A DNA stretch of 64,000 bases from a bacterium. GTDB lineage: Bacteria > Myxococcota > UBA727 > JAUIJE01. Below, in pieces: positions 1 through 8,703 of this stretch. Positions within the stretch are counted from its first letter, which is position 1. Each line of letters begins with the position of its first letter. Below the pieces are notes generated by a model. It did no database searches, was not told the origin of the DNA, and worked only from the letters and a program-made list of their open reading frames with translations. The translations under genes and the position numbers were made by a program. The DNA lies in NCBI GenBank assembly GCA_030431455.1, contig JAUIJE010000003.1:8360-72359 (forward strand), written 5' to 3'.

Positions 1-752
1 TGGTTGACATCAGCGAGGACCACAGCCGGGTCCGCTCGTTGGTCATCGCCACCGACGAAGAGCGCATGATCGCGGACGAGACCCGGCGGGTGGCCGGCGG
101 CGGGGCCGAGGTGCAATCGGAAATGCCCATTCCCATCGCGGTGAGCGCGCGGCACATTCACCTCACCCGGGAGGCGATGGACGCGCTGTTCGGGCCGGGG
201 AGCGAGCTGACCTCGTACCGGCCGCTGTCCCAGCCCGGTCAGTTCGCCTGCCACGAACGGCTCAACATCGTCGGGCCCCGGGGGCGCATCGACGGGGTGC
301 GCATCCTCGGTCCCCTGCGGCCGGCCTGTCAGGTGGAGATCTCCCGCACCGACGAGTTCCATCTCGGGGTGGACGCGCCGGTGCGCCACTCGGGGGATGT
401 CAAAGGCACCGCCCCCATCATCCTCGAGGGGCCCAAGGGCACGCTGCATCTACAAGAGGGGCTGATCTGCGCCTGGCGCCACATCCACATGCACCCCGAC
501 GACGCGGCCCGCTACGGGGTCAAAGACCGCGACGAGGTGATGGTCGAAATCCGAGGCGGCGACCGCGACCTCATCTTCGCCGACGTGGTGGTGCGGGTCT
601 CGCCCAAGTACGCCCTCGAGATGCACATCGACACCGACGAGGCCAACGCGGCCGAGCTGCCCCCCAAAAGCGAAGGGTCGCTGGTCGGGGTCGAGGGCCG
701 CCAGGCGGTCCTGCTCAAGCGCAAAGCCTGGCCGCAGCCCGCGGGGGAATAG
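1..752 (+). CDS. 5'-partial CDS: acetate kinase C-terminal segment fused in frame to a PduL-type phosphate acyl(propanoyl)transferase
   Basis: The frame is open from nt 3. The first residues, VDISEDHSRVRSLVIATDEERMIADETRRV, match the conserved C-terminus of acetate kinases (..VIPTNEELMIA..). The following ~215 aa carry the PduL hallmark (SARHIHL) and a duplicated PTAC-like fold. No stop separates the two parts. Confidence 0.6.
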   Translation, partial: VDISEDHSRVRSLVIATDEERMIADETRRVAGGGAEVQSEMPIPIAVSARHIHLTREAMDALFGPGSELTSYRPLSQPGQFACHERLNIVGPRGRIDGVRILGPLRPACQVEISRTDEFHLGVDAPVRHSGDVKGTAPIILEGPKGTLHLQEGLICAWRHIHMHPDDAARYGVKDRDEVMVEIRGGDRDLIFADVVVRVSPKYALEMHIDTDEANAAELPPKSEGSLVGVEGRQAVLLKRKAWPQPAGE

Positions 753-780
753 CCATCCCGGTCGGGGGGTTGGGCCCCAG

Positions 781-1446
781 ATGGGCGCCACCCGACGACA
801 ACTCTTGATCGGCACCGCCGCGGGCCTGGCCACGTCCGGGGCCCGGGCCGAGGCCCTGGACGTGCGGACCGGGGACCTGATTTTTCACACCTCGCGCTCG
901 GGCCAGAGCGCGGCGATCATGTGGGCGACAAAAAGTTTGCTGTCCCATTGCGGGATGGTGCGCGTGTACCGCGGGGCCCGCTACGTCATCGAGGCGCGCG
1001 GGCCGGTCCAGGTCACGCCGTTTGACACGTTTGTGCGCCGGGGACGCTGGGGCCGGTATCTGGTGCAACGGGTGCCCGACCTCGACGACGAGGCGCGGCG
1101 TCGGGTCTGGAAAGCGGCCAAGGCGTACCTCGGCCGGCCCTATGACGGGCTGTTCTTGTTCGGCAACCGCGCGATCTATTGCAGCGAGCTGCTCTGGCTC
1201 GCCTACCGACACATCGGGCTCGAGCTCGGCACCATCGAGACCGCGGGGGCGCTCGATGTCGACAATGTCATTGTCGACCAAGTCTTGCAGAAACGTTGGC
1301 GACGGCACCCCTCTTGCCGCGGCCTGGCCCACCTCGAGGCCTGCAAGGCCCGCCTCTTGGCCCAGCCGATGATCACCCCCGAGGCGCTGGCCGACGACGA
1401 GCGGCTGGCCACGGTGTTCGACAACTACCCGCTCGGGCTGCGCTGA
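781..1446 (+). CDS. YiiX-like (DUF830) permuted papain/NlpC-P60 family hydrolase, Tat/Sec-secreted
   Basis: N-terminal RRQLLIGTAAGLA twin-arginine-like signal. The architecture resembles YiiX-family permuted-papain amidases. 221 aa. Confidence 0.5.
   Translation: MGATRRQLLIGTAAGLATSGARAEALDVRTGDLIFHTSRSGQSAAIMWATKSLLSHCGMVRVYRGARYVIEARGPVQVTPFDTFVRRGRWGRYLVQRVPDLDDEARRRVWKAAKAYLGRPYDGLFLFGNRAIYCSELLWLAYRHIGLELGTIETAGALDVDNVIVDQVLQKRWRRHPSCRGLAHLEACKARLLAQPMITPEALADDERLATVFDNYPLGLR
1258..1278. repeat. Perfect 21-bp palindrome GTCGACAATGTCATTGTCGAC inside the CDS
   Basis: Read directly from the sequence: the 10-nt arms are exact reverse complements around a central T. It contains the window-wide over-represented CAATGTC/GACATTG motif and encodes V-D-N-V-I-V-D using the rare codons AAT and ATT. 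Confidence 0.8.
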
Positions 1447-2336
1447 ACCTGCTCGTCGGCCGCGCGGTCGACGAGCACCGAGCCATCGGGGGCGAGGGTG
1501 TACGTCACCGGGCACCCCGGGGCCCAGCCCGCGACCACGACCTCGACGTGCACCCGGTAGCGGCGGTCGCCCAGCGCCCGCTCCTCGTCGGTGGGCGCGT
1601 GGAGGGCAAACATGTCCAGCGCCACCTCGCCCCGGGGCGTGGCCAGGTCCAGGCGGGCCTCCTGCGCGCCCTGGCGCAACGAGACGCTCGTGACCTCGGC
1701 CTGGCCGGTGAGGGCGAGGCCGCGCAGGGTCCCGGGCGCGTCGAGCTCCAGGGACAGGCGCAGCCGGCCGTCGTCGCGCACTTTGCGGCTGCCGCGCACG
1801 TCGCGCACCGCCGCCTGCGCGCCGGGCACCGGCGCGCGGGGGGCGAACACCGGGCCCAGCCGCGCGAACCCGTCGGCGCGGGCCGCCCGCGCCCCCCGTT
1901 CGAGGCAGAACAGGTCCCAGCCCGCCCGGCGCCCGAAGGCGTGCAAGGCCGACTCCGCCACCAACCACGCGGTGGCGTCGTCGAAGCGCGCCCCCACCAG
2001 GTCGGCCAGGGCCGACCACGGCCGCTCGTCGTCGGTGGGAAATTCTGCATAGCCAGTGGCCCCGTCGTCGCACACCGCCTGCATCGACATCCACAGGCTG
2101 CGCTTGACCAAGGTCTCGGTCAGGTGCCGGGCCACCGGGAGCAGGGCCGTACGCAATGTCTCTGTGCCTGCCCCGGCCCGGGCCAGCGGGTACAAGTAGA
2201 GCGCCCCATCGCGGCCCACCCGGGTGAACACCACGTGGTCGGCGCTGGTCCCGGACGCACAGTACGCCGCCACCGCCTGCTCGACGTCTTCGAGGCGGTG
2301 CCGGGGCTGGATGCGCACATTGTGAAAGGACGCCAT
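1425..2336 (-). CDS. hypothetical protein
   Basis: 303-aa ORF with normal amino-acid composition, unlike the RGP-rich ORFs on the other frames. I recognise no domain. Confidence 0.45.
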   Translation of the reverse strand: MASFHNVRIQPRHRLEDVEQAVAAYCASGTSADHVVFTRVGRDGALYLYPLARAGAGTETLRTALLPVARHLTETLVKRSLWMSMQAVCDDGATGYAEFPTDDERPWSALADLVGARFDDATAWLVAESALHAFGRRAGWDLFCLERGARAARADGFARLGPVFAPRAPVPGAQAAVRDVRGSRKVRDDGRLRLSLELDAPGTLRGLALTGQAEVTSVSLRQGAQEARLDLATPRGEVALDMFALHAPTDEERALGDRRYRVHVEVVVAGWAPGCPVTYTLAPDGSVLVDRAADEQVQRSPSG

Positions 2337-2407
2337 GGCGTCCTTTCAGTACCACGCGGGGCTCTCGTCCCGCCTCTTTTGCGCCCGATCCGCGCGGGCG
2401 GGACCGC

Positions 2408-3658
2408 TCAGTAGGCGGGCTTTTGGTAGGTCAGGCGCACCACCGGCGCGTCCAGGGTGGCCACCGCCCCCGCCCAGGCGCCGGACGCGCCGTCTTCGGG
2501 CCAGAGCTCGACGTCGGCACGGGGCAGGCCGCGCACGATGAAGCGGCCCTGGTCGTCGGTCTTGACCACGCCGGTGAGGCCGGTGTCGCGCACGCGGTAC
2601 CGCACGGGCTCGAACGCCCGCACTTGGCCTTCCATGTCCCGCACGAACCCCGCGACCTTGTGCCCCACCGCGGCCACGATCTCGAGGTCGCTGGGACCGG
2701 CGATGCCTTGGGTGGCGGGGATGTCGAGCGAGCCGATGTACCCCGTGCGGCGGGCGGTGAGGGTGTGGGCCTGACCGGGCACCACCGGGATGGAGAACGC
2801 GCCGTCCTCGTCGGTGGTCACGCTCACCGGGGGCATCAGCGGGTTGGGGTTGGGTCCGAGGAACACCTCGGCGAAGGGCACGCGCTTGCCGGTGGCGGTG
2901 CGCACGATGCCGGTGGCCTCGGGGCGGTGGGCGAGGGAGAAACGAACCGTGGCCGACGGCGCGTTGTCCTCGACGGTGATGGTCTGGGTCTCGGGCACGT
3001 GGTGGGGCGCGGTGGCGAGCACGGTGTATTCGCCCGCGGGCACGGGGAGCACAAACGATCCGGTGTGGTCGACGGTGGCGTGCAGCACGCCGGCGAACGC
3101 GGTCTTGCGCGTGGGGGCCTGCTCGATCATGACCTCGAGCCCATCGGGGATGCGGCCCTCGAAGCCGGTGACGCGCCCGCTGAGCTGGTGGGTCGCCGCG
3201 GGCAAGGTCACGGCGACAAAGCCGCGCTCCTCGTCGCCGGTGCAGGTGAAGTTGGCGGGGGCGAGGTGGGCGTGACCGGGGGCGCTGGCCTCGACGTGGT
3301 AGGTGCCCGGGGGGAGGTCGATGAAGCGGTGGGTGCCGTGCCGGGAGGTCACCGCTTGCCAATGTTGCAGAGAGGCCGAGCGGCCCACACGGTACAGGCC
3401 GACCTGGGCGTCCGCGAGGGGGCCGGCGGCGTCCTCGACGAGCAAGCCGAGCTGGCAGCCGCGCTCAAAGGTGTTGTCGGTGGCGACGAAGGGGAGATCG
3501 ACCGGCGCGGGGGCGGCGGCTTCGGGCGGGGTGTCGGGGGCGCTGCTCAGCCACAGGGTGGCCACCGAAAGCACCGCCACCCCGAGGGTCGCGCCCGCGG
3601 CGCCGAGATGGATGGCGGTGATGCCGCGGTCCTGGAGTCGGTAGATCAACGCGCGCAT
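2408..3658 (-). CDS. membrane-anchored carboxypeptidase-regulatory-like (CarboxypepD_reg/SdrD-B-like) beta-sandwich repeat protein
   Basis: N-terminal TM helix (ITAIHLGAAGATLGVAVLSVATLWL) followed by several ~80-aa repeats with the PG-Y/DG-F pattern typical of CarbopepD_reg_2 domains. Confidence 0.55.
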   Translation of the reverse strand: MRALIYRLQDRGITAIHLGAAGATLGVAVLSVATLWLSSAPDTPPEAAAPAPVDLPFVATDNTFERGCQLGLLVEDAAGPLADAQVGLYRVGRSASLQHWQAVTSRHGTHRFIDLPPGTYHVEASAPGHAHLAPANFTCTGDEERGFVAVTLPAATHQLSGRVTGFEGRIPDGLEVMIEQAPTRKTAFAGVLHATVDHTGSFVLPVPAGEYTVLATAPHHVPETQTITVEDNAPSATVRFSLAHRPEATGIVRTATGKRVPFAEVFLGPNPNPLMPPVSVTTDEDGAFSIPVVPGQAHTLTARRTGYIGSLDIPATQGIAGPSDLEIVAAVGHKVAGFVRDMEGQVRAFEPVRYRVRDTGLTGVVKTDDQGRFIVRGLPRADVELWPEDGASGAWAGAVATLDAPVVRLTYQKPAY

Positions 3659-3813
3659 GAAGGAGCCTTTCGCCTGACAGGTAGAGCCAGGATACCAGGG
3701 CGATTTCGATCCCTGATTCCCGGGCCGATGCGCCCGGTCACACGACGGTAGACAAATGTAGGTGCGGTGCTGCCCCGCTTCCGTTCGGGCGCCAATTTTG
3801 GGAAACGAGGGCG

Positions 3814-5499
3814 ATGTTTCCCATTGTCGTCACGGTGTTGGGGCTGTGCGCCCTGGTGTTGGGCTTTCGATTCTACTCGCGGTACCTCGCCGACCGCGTG
3901 TTCGGCCTGTCCGCGACCGAGCCGGTCCCCGCGGACACGCTGGCCGACGACGTGGACTTCGTGAAGACGCCGCGCAGCGTGCTGTGGGGCCACCATTTTG
4001 CGTCCATCGCCGGGGCCGCGCCGATCTTGGGGCCGGCCATCGCCATCGTGTGGGGCTGGGTGCCGGCGGTGTTGTGGATCGTGGTGGGGGTCATCTTCAT
4101 GGGGGCCGCGCACGACTTTGGGGCCCTGGTGATCTCCATGCGCCACGACGGGAAAAGCGTGGGCGCACTCACCGAGACGTTCATCGGGGCCCGGGCCAAG
4201 CTGCTGTTCCTGATCGTGATCTTCTTTTTGATCTGGCTGGTGGGGGCGGTGTTCGCGTTCTCCATCGGGCGGCTGTTCGTGGCCTTCCCCCAGAGCGTGC
4301 TCCCGGTGAACCTCGAGATCGTGGTCGCGGTGTTCATCGGGTGGTGGGGGTACAAGCGCAAACGCAGCCTCACGATTCCGAGCATCGTGGCCCTCGTCGG
4401 CCTGTACGCGGTGATATTCGGCACCGCTGCAGGTACATTGTGGTCGCCGGCCGCGGGCAGCGTGTTCGCGAACATCAACTTCTGGCTCGTGGGCCTGCTC
4501 GTCTACGCATTCGTGGCCTCGAGCCTGCCGGTGTGGCTGTTGCTTCAGCCCCGGGACCTCATCAACAGCCACCAGCTCCTCGTCGGACTGGCCGCGTTGT
4601 TCGTGGGCTTTTTCTTGTCCTCGCCCACCTTTGACGCGCCCCCCATCGGGGACTGGGCCAACCTCCCGGTGGTGTTCCCCTTGCTGATGGTCACCATCGC
4701 CTGCGGGGCGGTGAGCGGCTTTCACGGCCTGGTCTCGTCGGGGACCACCAGCAAACAGATCGCCTCCGCCGCCGACGCCCGCCCCATCGGGTACGGGGCG
4801 ATGTTGTGCGAGGCTGCATTGGCATTGCTTTCGACCATGGCCGTGGCCACCGGGGTCACCGTGCTCGGGGGCGAACACGTCTACAGCGCGATGTACGCCC
4901 CCGTGATCGAGGGCGGCGGCTTTCCTGGGGTGGGCGATGCCCTCAAAGGCTTCGTCACCGGGGCGGGCAGCATGCTCGCCCACCTCGGCCTGTCCATCGA
5001 GACCGGGCGGGTGGTGGTCGCGGTGCTCGTCATCTCTTTTGCCGCCACCAGCCTCGACACCGCGTTCCGCATTCAACGCTTGGTGGTGGCGGAAATCGGC
5101 GCCATGGCGCGCATCGCCCCTTTGCAGAACCGTTGGGTGGGGGGCCTGCTCGCCACCGTCACCGTCGGGGTGCTCATCTACGCCGACCAGGACGCGGGAG
5201 CGAAGTCCCTGTGGCCGGTGTTCGGCGCCACCAACCAAGTGCTCGCCGCCATCACCCTGCTGCTCTGCGCGCTTTACCTGCGGTTGCAACGGAAGAAGAC
5301 CTGGCCTTACCTTGTGCCCGCGGTGTTCATTATGCTGGTGACGTTCTCGTCGATGGGCATTCAGGTGTTTCACGACGCGAGCGCGGGCAAAGCCCTGGTC
5401 GCGACCGTGGGGGCGACCATCGCCGTGCTCACGGTGTGGGTGGCCTTCGAGGGCTTTTTGGCCCTCAAGCGCCCGCTCCCCGAGGAGGAAGTGGCCTGA
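3814..5499 (+). CDS. cstA: carbon starvation protein A (CstA family peptide/pyruvate transporter)
   Basis: 561-aa polytopic membrane protein whose N-terminus (MFPIVV..FRFYSRYLADRVFGL) and overall layout are canonical for CstA. Confidence 0.9.
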   Translation: MFPIVVTVLGLCALVLGFRFYSRYLADRVFGLSATEPVPADTLADDVDFVKTPRSVLWGHHFASIAGAAPILGPAIAIVWGWVPAVLWIVVGVIFMGAAHDFGALVISMRHDGKSVGALTETFIGARAKLLFLIVIFFLIWLVGAVFAFSIGRLFVAFPQSVLPVNLEIVVAVFIGWWGYKRKRSLTIPSIVALVGLYAVIFGTAAGTLWSPAAGSVFANINFWLVGLLVYAFVASSLPVWLLLQPRDLINSHQLLVGLAALFVGFFLSSPTFDAPPIGDWANLPVVFPLLMVTIACGAVSGFHGLVSSGTTSKQIASAADARPIGYGAMLCEAALALLSTMAVATGVTVLGGEHVYSAMYAPVIEGGGFPGVGDALKGFVTGAGSMLAHLGLSIETGRVVVAVLVISFAATSLDTAFRIQRLVVAEIGAMARIAPLQNRWVGGLLATVTVGVLIYADQDAGAKSLWPVFGATNQVLAAITLLLCALYLRLQRKKTWPYLVPAVFIMLVTFSSMGIQVFHDASAGKALVATVGATIAVLTVWVAFEGFLALKRPLPEEEVA

Positions 5500-6674
5500 T
5501 GGCCAAGTGGAAACCCAAGCTGGTGGACGGCACGGACCTGACCTCCCTCGACCTCAACGCCGAGGAAGGGTTCGTGCTGTCGCGGGTCGATGGGCGGACC
5601 ACCGTTGACGACCTGACCCACGTGACGGGCATGAACCGCGATCAGGTCAAAGGCATCCTCAAAAAGCTCATCCGCACCGGGGCGGTGGATCGGCCCCCGC
5701 CCCGCGCGGCGAAGAAAAAGGCCGCGGTCCCCAAGACCGCCCCGGCCCCGGTGCCGGAGATGGACCTGCCCGTCCCCGACCTCGACGAACCCCGCGACGA
5801 GGACCAAGACCACGACGAGGACGACGAGGGGTCCGGGGCCGCGGCCGCCACCACCCCGGCCCCCGTGGACACCGGCGACGCCGACGACGGGTCCTCCGAC
5901 GACGGCTCCGCCGAGGACGAGGCGCCGCTTGAGTCCGACGAGGATGTCGAGGACGACGAAGGCGAAGCGGTCGACACCGGCAACCTGCGCAAGCTGTTCG
6001 AGACTGAGCTGCACCCCCTCGACGACGATGTGCGCATCAAGAACGCCCAGACCGCGGAGGGCGCGGTCCTCTCCGCCTACTGCTTCGACCCCAACCCCAA
6101 GGTCATCCAATCGGTGATGCAGAACATGAAAGCCGGGCTGCAGCATGCCCGGCTCATCGCCCAGCACCACCGCAATGCGGCTGGACTTCAGGCCCTGGCC
6201 AAAAAGTCCCAGTTCTTGCGCGACCGCCAAGTCCAGCGTTGGTTGTTCAAGAATTCTCAACTCCCCGAAGCTTTGTTCAAAGCCATCCTGTTGAAGAAAC
6301 GCCTCACCGACGTGTACGGCCTGGCGGTGAGCCGGGAGGTGACCGAGAAGGTCAAGGGCACGGCCAAGCGCTCCTTCCGCAAACGGTTCATCAGCGCCCC
6401 CGCCGAGGAGAAAGCGATCCTCATCCACAAGTGTGAAGGGCGCTGTCTCAACCTCCTCATCGGGGTGCCCCTCGACGGCCGCACCGCCGCCTTGCTCACC
6501 CAACGGGCGGTGCACTCCACCCTCCTGATCCAAAACCTCGCCCGCTGGCCGACCACCCCGCCCTCGGTGCTCCAACATTTGGCCAAACAAGGGCCGGTCA
6601 AGCGCCAACCCAACCTCCGCCAACTCATCATGCGCCACCCCAATGCCCCTGCAGCGCTGAAGGCCGGTCGCTGA
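5499..6674 (+). CDS. hypothetical protein translationally coupled to cstA (ATGA overlap); acidic D/E-rich linker
   Basis: The start ATG overlaps the cstA stop (ATGA at 5497-5501). An N-terminal ~70-aa domain (MAKWKPKLVDGTDLTSLDL..) is followed by a K/P/A-rich and then a D/E-rich low-complexity linker, then a ~230-aa C-terminal helical domain. It is not the small DUF466 (YbdD) partner usually found after cstA. Confidence 0.55.
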   Translation: MAKWKPKLVDGTDLTSLDLNAEEGFVLSRVDGRTTVDDLTHVTGMNRDQVKGILKKLIRTGAVDRPPPRAAKKKAAVPKTAPAPVPEMDLPVPDLDEPRDEDQDHDEDDEGSGAAAATTPAPVDTGDADDGSSDDGSAEDEAPLESDEDVEDDEGEAVDTGNLRKLFETELHPLDDDVRIKNAQTAEGAVLSAYCFDPNPKVIQSVMQNMKAGLQHARLIAQHHRNAAGLQALAKKSQFLRDRQVQRWLFKNSQLPEALFKAILLKKRLTDVYGLAVSREVTEKVKGTAKRSFRKRFISAPAEEKAILIHKCEGRCLNLLIGVPLDGRTAALLTQRAVHSTLLIQNLARWPTTPPSVLQHLAKQGPVKRQPNLRQLIMRHPNAPAALKAGR

Positions 6675-6679
6675 CCGGC

Positions 6680-7162
6680 GTGGCCGTTCATGTCTTCGCC
6701 TACGGGTCCAACATGGACCTCGACGACGTGGCCCGGTGGTGCCGCGAAAACGGCCACCACGCCCCCGCGGTCCACGGGCTGGAGGTCGCCACCCTCCCAG
6801 GCCATCGGTTGAGCTGGAACTACCGCTCCTGGGCCCGCCGCGGAGCGGCCTGCAATGTCATGGCTTCCCCCCACCACCGGGTGTGGGGCCTGTGCCTCAC
6901 CGTCGACGACGCGGCCCTGGCGGCCCTGGACGAGAAGGAAGGCGACGCCTACCACCGCACCCGGCGTGGGTTGCGAACCCTCGAGGACCGACCTCGAGAC
7001 GCCTGGGTCTACGAGGTCAAACCACATCGAAGAGAACCCGCCGACATCGCGCCCCGGGCGCACTACCTCGGCCTGGTGATCGCCTCCGCCGAGCGGCATG
7101 GCTTTCCCCCCGCCTACCTCGACGGGTTGCGCGCCATCGTGCCCCTGGCCGACGACGAGTGA
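6680..7162 (+). CDS. gamma-glutamyl cyclotransferase (GGCT/AIG2-like) family protein
   Basis: The N-terminal VFAYGSNM motif is diagnostic of GGCT/AIG2-like proteins. GTG start. 160 aa. Confidence 0.7.
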   Translation: MAVHVFAYGSNMDLDDVARWCRENGHHAPAVHGLEVATLPGHRLSWNYRSWARRGAACNVMASPHHRVWGLCLTVDDAALAALDEKEGDAYHRTRRGLRTLEDRPRDAWVYEVKPHRREPADIAPRAHYLGLVIASAERHGFPPAYLDGLRAIVPLADDE

Positions 7163-7300
7163 CGTGCCGGCCGAGCTCGTCCGGTCGGGCCCCCGAGGCC
7201 GCAGATTTTCGACACCCCGCGCGGGGCCGGCCCGCGTGCACACGCGCCGGTCCGCGCTGGCATCGCTTTTGCTCAAGCCCCTCAGAGACCAGTCGAAGGA

Positions 7301-8044
7301 ATGAACATGTCAATGCGCGGAATGTGGTTGTGTGGGGCTTGCTGGGCCGGGTTGCTCGTCGGCTGTGGCCCGGCCCCGGGGACGGACGCGGGCGCGGGGC
7401 CCGACGCCGGTGTCGTCGACGGCGGGGACGACGGGGGGGCCGGCGGCCTCGACGCCGGACCTGGCCCCGACGCGGGCGGCGCGGACGCGGGCCAGGGCTT
7501 CGACGGGGGAGACCTGGGGGACGCGGGGGACGTGGGCAGCCACCTCACCGTGCTCGCCAACGAGGCGCAGTACCAAGCGCTCGCCGACGACATGGGCTGG
7601 ATCAAGTTCTTGGCCCCCATCGACGGCGTGGCCCGGACCGCGCCGCTCCTCGAGGACTGTTACTTCCAGAACATGAACGAGGCCGCGTACCACATCATCT
7701 TTCTGCAGCAGTTCGCCGAGACCGCGGACATCACCTACCAGGAGTACCTCGATTGGGTGCTGCGCCGGCCCACCCGACGCTGGTGGGGGGGCGGGGTGCA
7801 GCTGATCAACCAGCCGCACCCGGGCGGCGCGGGGCCGCGCACCCTGGTTTTTACGGTCTACGCGGAGGCGATGGGGATCTCTTCGCTGACGGTGGCGGAC
7901 ATCGTCGAGGTGAACAACATCCTGCACACCTGCGTCGCGTTCGCGCCCGAGCTGCTCGCGTTCCAGGCCAGTGACATTGAGCAGGAGACCCTGGTGGCCC
8001 AGAACGCGGCCGAACTGGAAGCCGCGGGGGTGGACGTATGGTGA
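7301..8044 (+). CDS. lipoprotein, hypothetical
   Basis: Signal peptide with LLVGC lipobox, followed by a D/G/A-rich low-complexity spacer and a ~150-aa globular domain. Confidence 0.5.
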   Translation: MNMSMRGMWLCGACWAGLLVGCGPAPGTDAGAGPDAGVVDGGDDGGAGGLDAGPGPDAGGADAGQGFDGGDLGDAGDVGSHLTVLANEAQYQALADDMGWIKFLAPIDGVARTAPLLEDCYFQNMNEAAYHIIFLQQFAETADITYQEYLDWVLRRPTRRWWGGGVQLINQPHPGGAGPRTLVFTVYAEAMGISSLTVADIVEVNNILHTCVAFAPELLAFQASDIEQETLVAQNAAELEAAGVDVW

Positions 8045-8697
8045 GGGCAACGACATTGGTGAGTGTGGGGTTGATGCTCTCGATGGCCTGTGGCCCGGGC
8101 CCCGCGGGTGCCGATGGCGGGGACACCCCCGACGGGGGCGGCGTCGAGGCCGACGCGGGGGCGACACCGGACGCGGGGGAAGCGGCCGACGCGGGCGCCG
8201 ACGCCGGTCCGGGCCTGGACGCCGGCGACGGGCCCGACGGCGGGACCGGTCTCGACGCGGGCGTCGGGGGCGATGCCGGGGTGGACCTGTGCCACGAGGG
8301 ACTCACCGGGGTGACCGGCCTCGTTCACCATGTGCACCATTTTGTGGGGGAGGACGGCATCGATGTGTGGCTCACGCGCGACTACGTCGGCCAAGGCGCG
8401 GGGTCCTCGAGCATCTATGAAGCGACCCGGCTCAGCGTCGTACAAGGCGATCTGGACGTGTGCATCACCGACCCCGACGCGCTCACCTACGATTCGACGC
8501 ACCACAACTTTGACGACAGCGTGACCGGGGTGGTCGATGACCAGGTGACGTTTTACCTGCACGTGGGCATGGACCTCGAGCCCCCCTACCCCTTCGTGAC
8601 CACCCTCGAACGCCGGGCGACGTCGGACGGAACGGTGCTCGCGGGGCCGTTCGTCGTCGAGCAGGCCGAGGACGACGAGAGCTCGTGGCCTTTTTAG
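8038..8697 (+). CDS. lipoprotein, hypothetical
   Basis: Signal peptide with LSMAC lipobox and a D/G/A-rich spacer. It overlaps the previous lipoprotein gene by 7 nt. Its first codons ATG GTG AGG GCA ACG ACA TTG carry the GACATTG motif. Confidence 0.5.
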   Translation: MVRATTLVSVGLMLSMACGPGPAGADGGDTPDGGGVEADAGATPDAGEAADAGADAGPGLDAGDGPDGGTGLDAGVGGDAGVDLCHEGLTGVTGLVHHVHHFVGEDGIDVWLTRDYVGQGAGSSSIYEATRLSVVQGDLDVCITDPDALTYDSTHHNFDDSVTGVVDDQVTFYLHVGMDLEPPYPFVTTLERRATSDGTVLAGPFVVEQAEDDESSWPF

Positions 8698-8703
8698 GCC
8701 GCG

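Noticed and set aside
715-2414. Long ORFs 715..2355(-) and 1179..2414(+), 546 and 411 aa
   Set aside because: Extremely R/G/P/A-rich translations typical of out-of-frame ORFs in 70% GC DNA. They overlap better-supported genes (781..1446+, 1425..2336-).
2346-5373. ORFs 2346..3362(-), 2423..3751(+), 3646..5373(-)
   Set aside because: Arg/Gly/His-rich low-complexity translations that lie antisense to, or out of frame with, the carboxypeptidase-regulatory-like gene and cstA.
7163-7300. Intergenic GC-rich inverted repeats, considered as a possible tRNA or ncRNA
   Set aside because: No tRNA-like cloverleaf features (no GTTC/TPsiC-like arm, no CCA context). Most likely ordinary terminator or promoter space.
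7380-8300. Repetitive GAC/GGC (Asp/Gly/Ala) tracts, which could be mistaken for a repeat array or CRISPR
   Set aside because: They are in-frame low-complexity linkers of two lipoproteins. There are no regular spacers or direct repeats.
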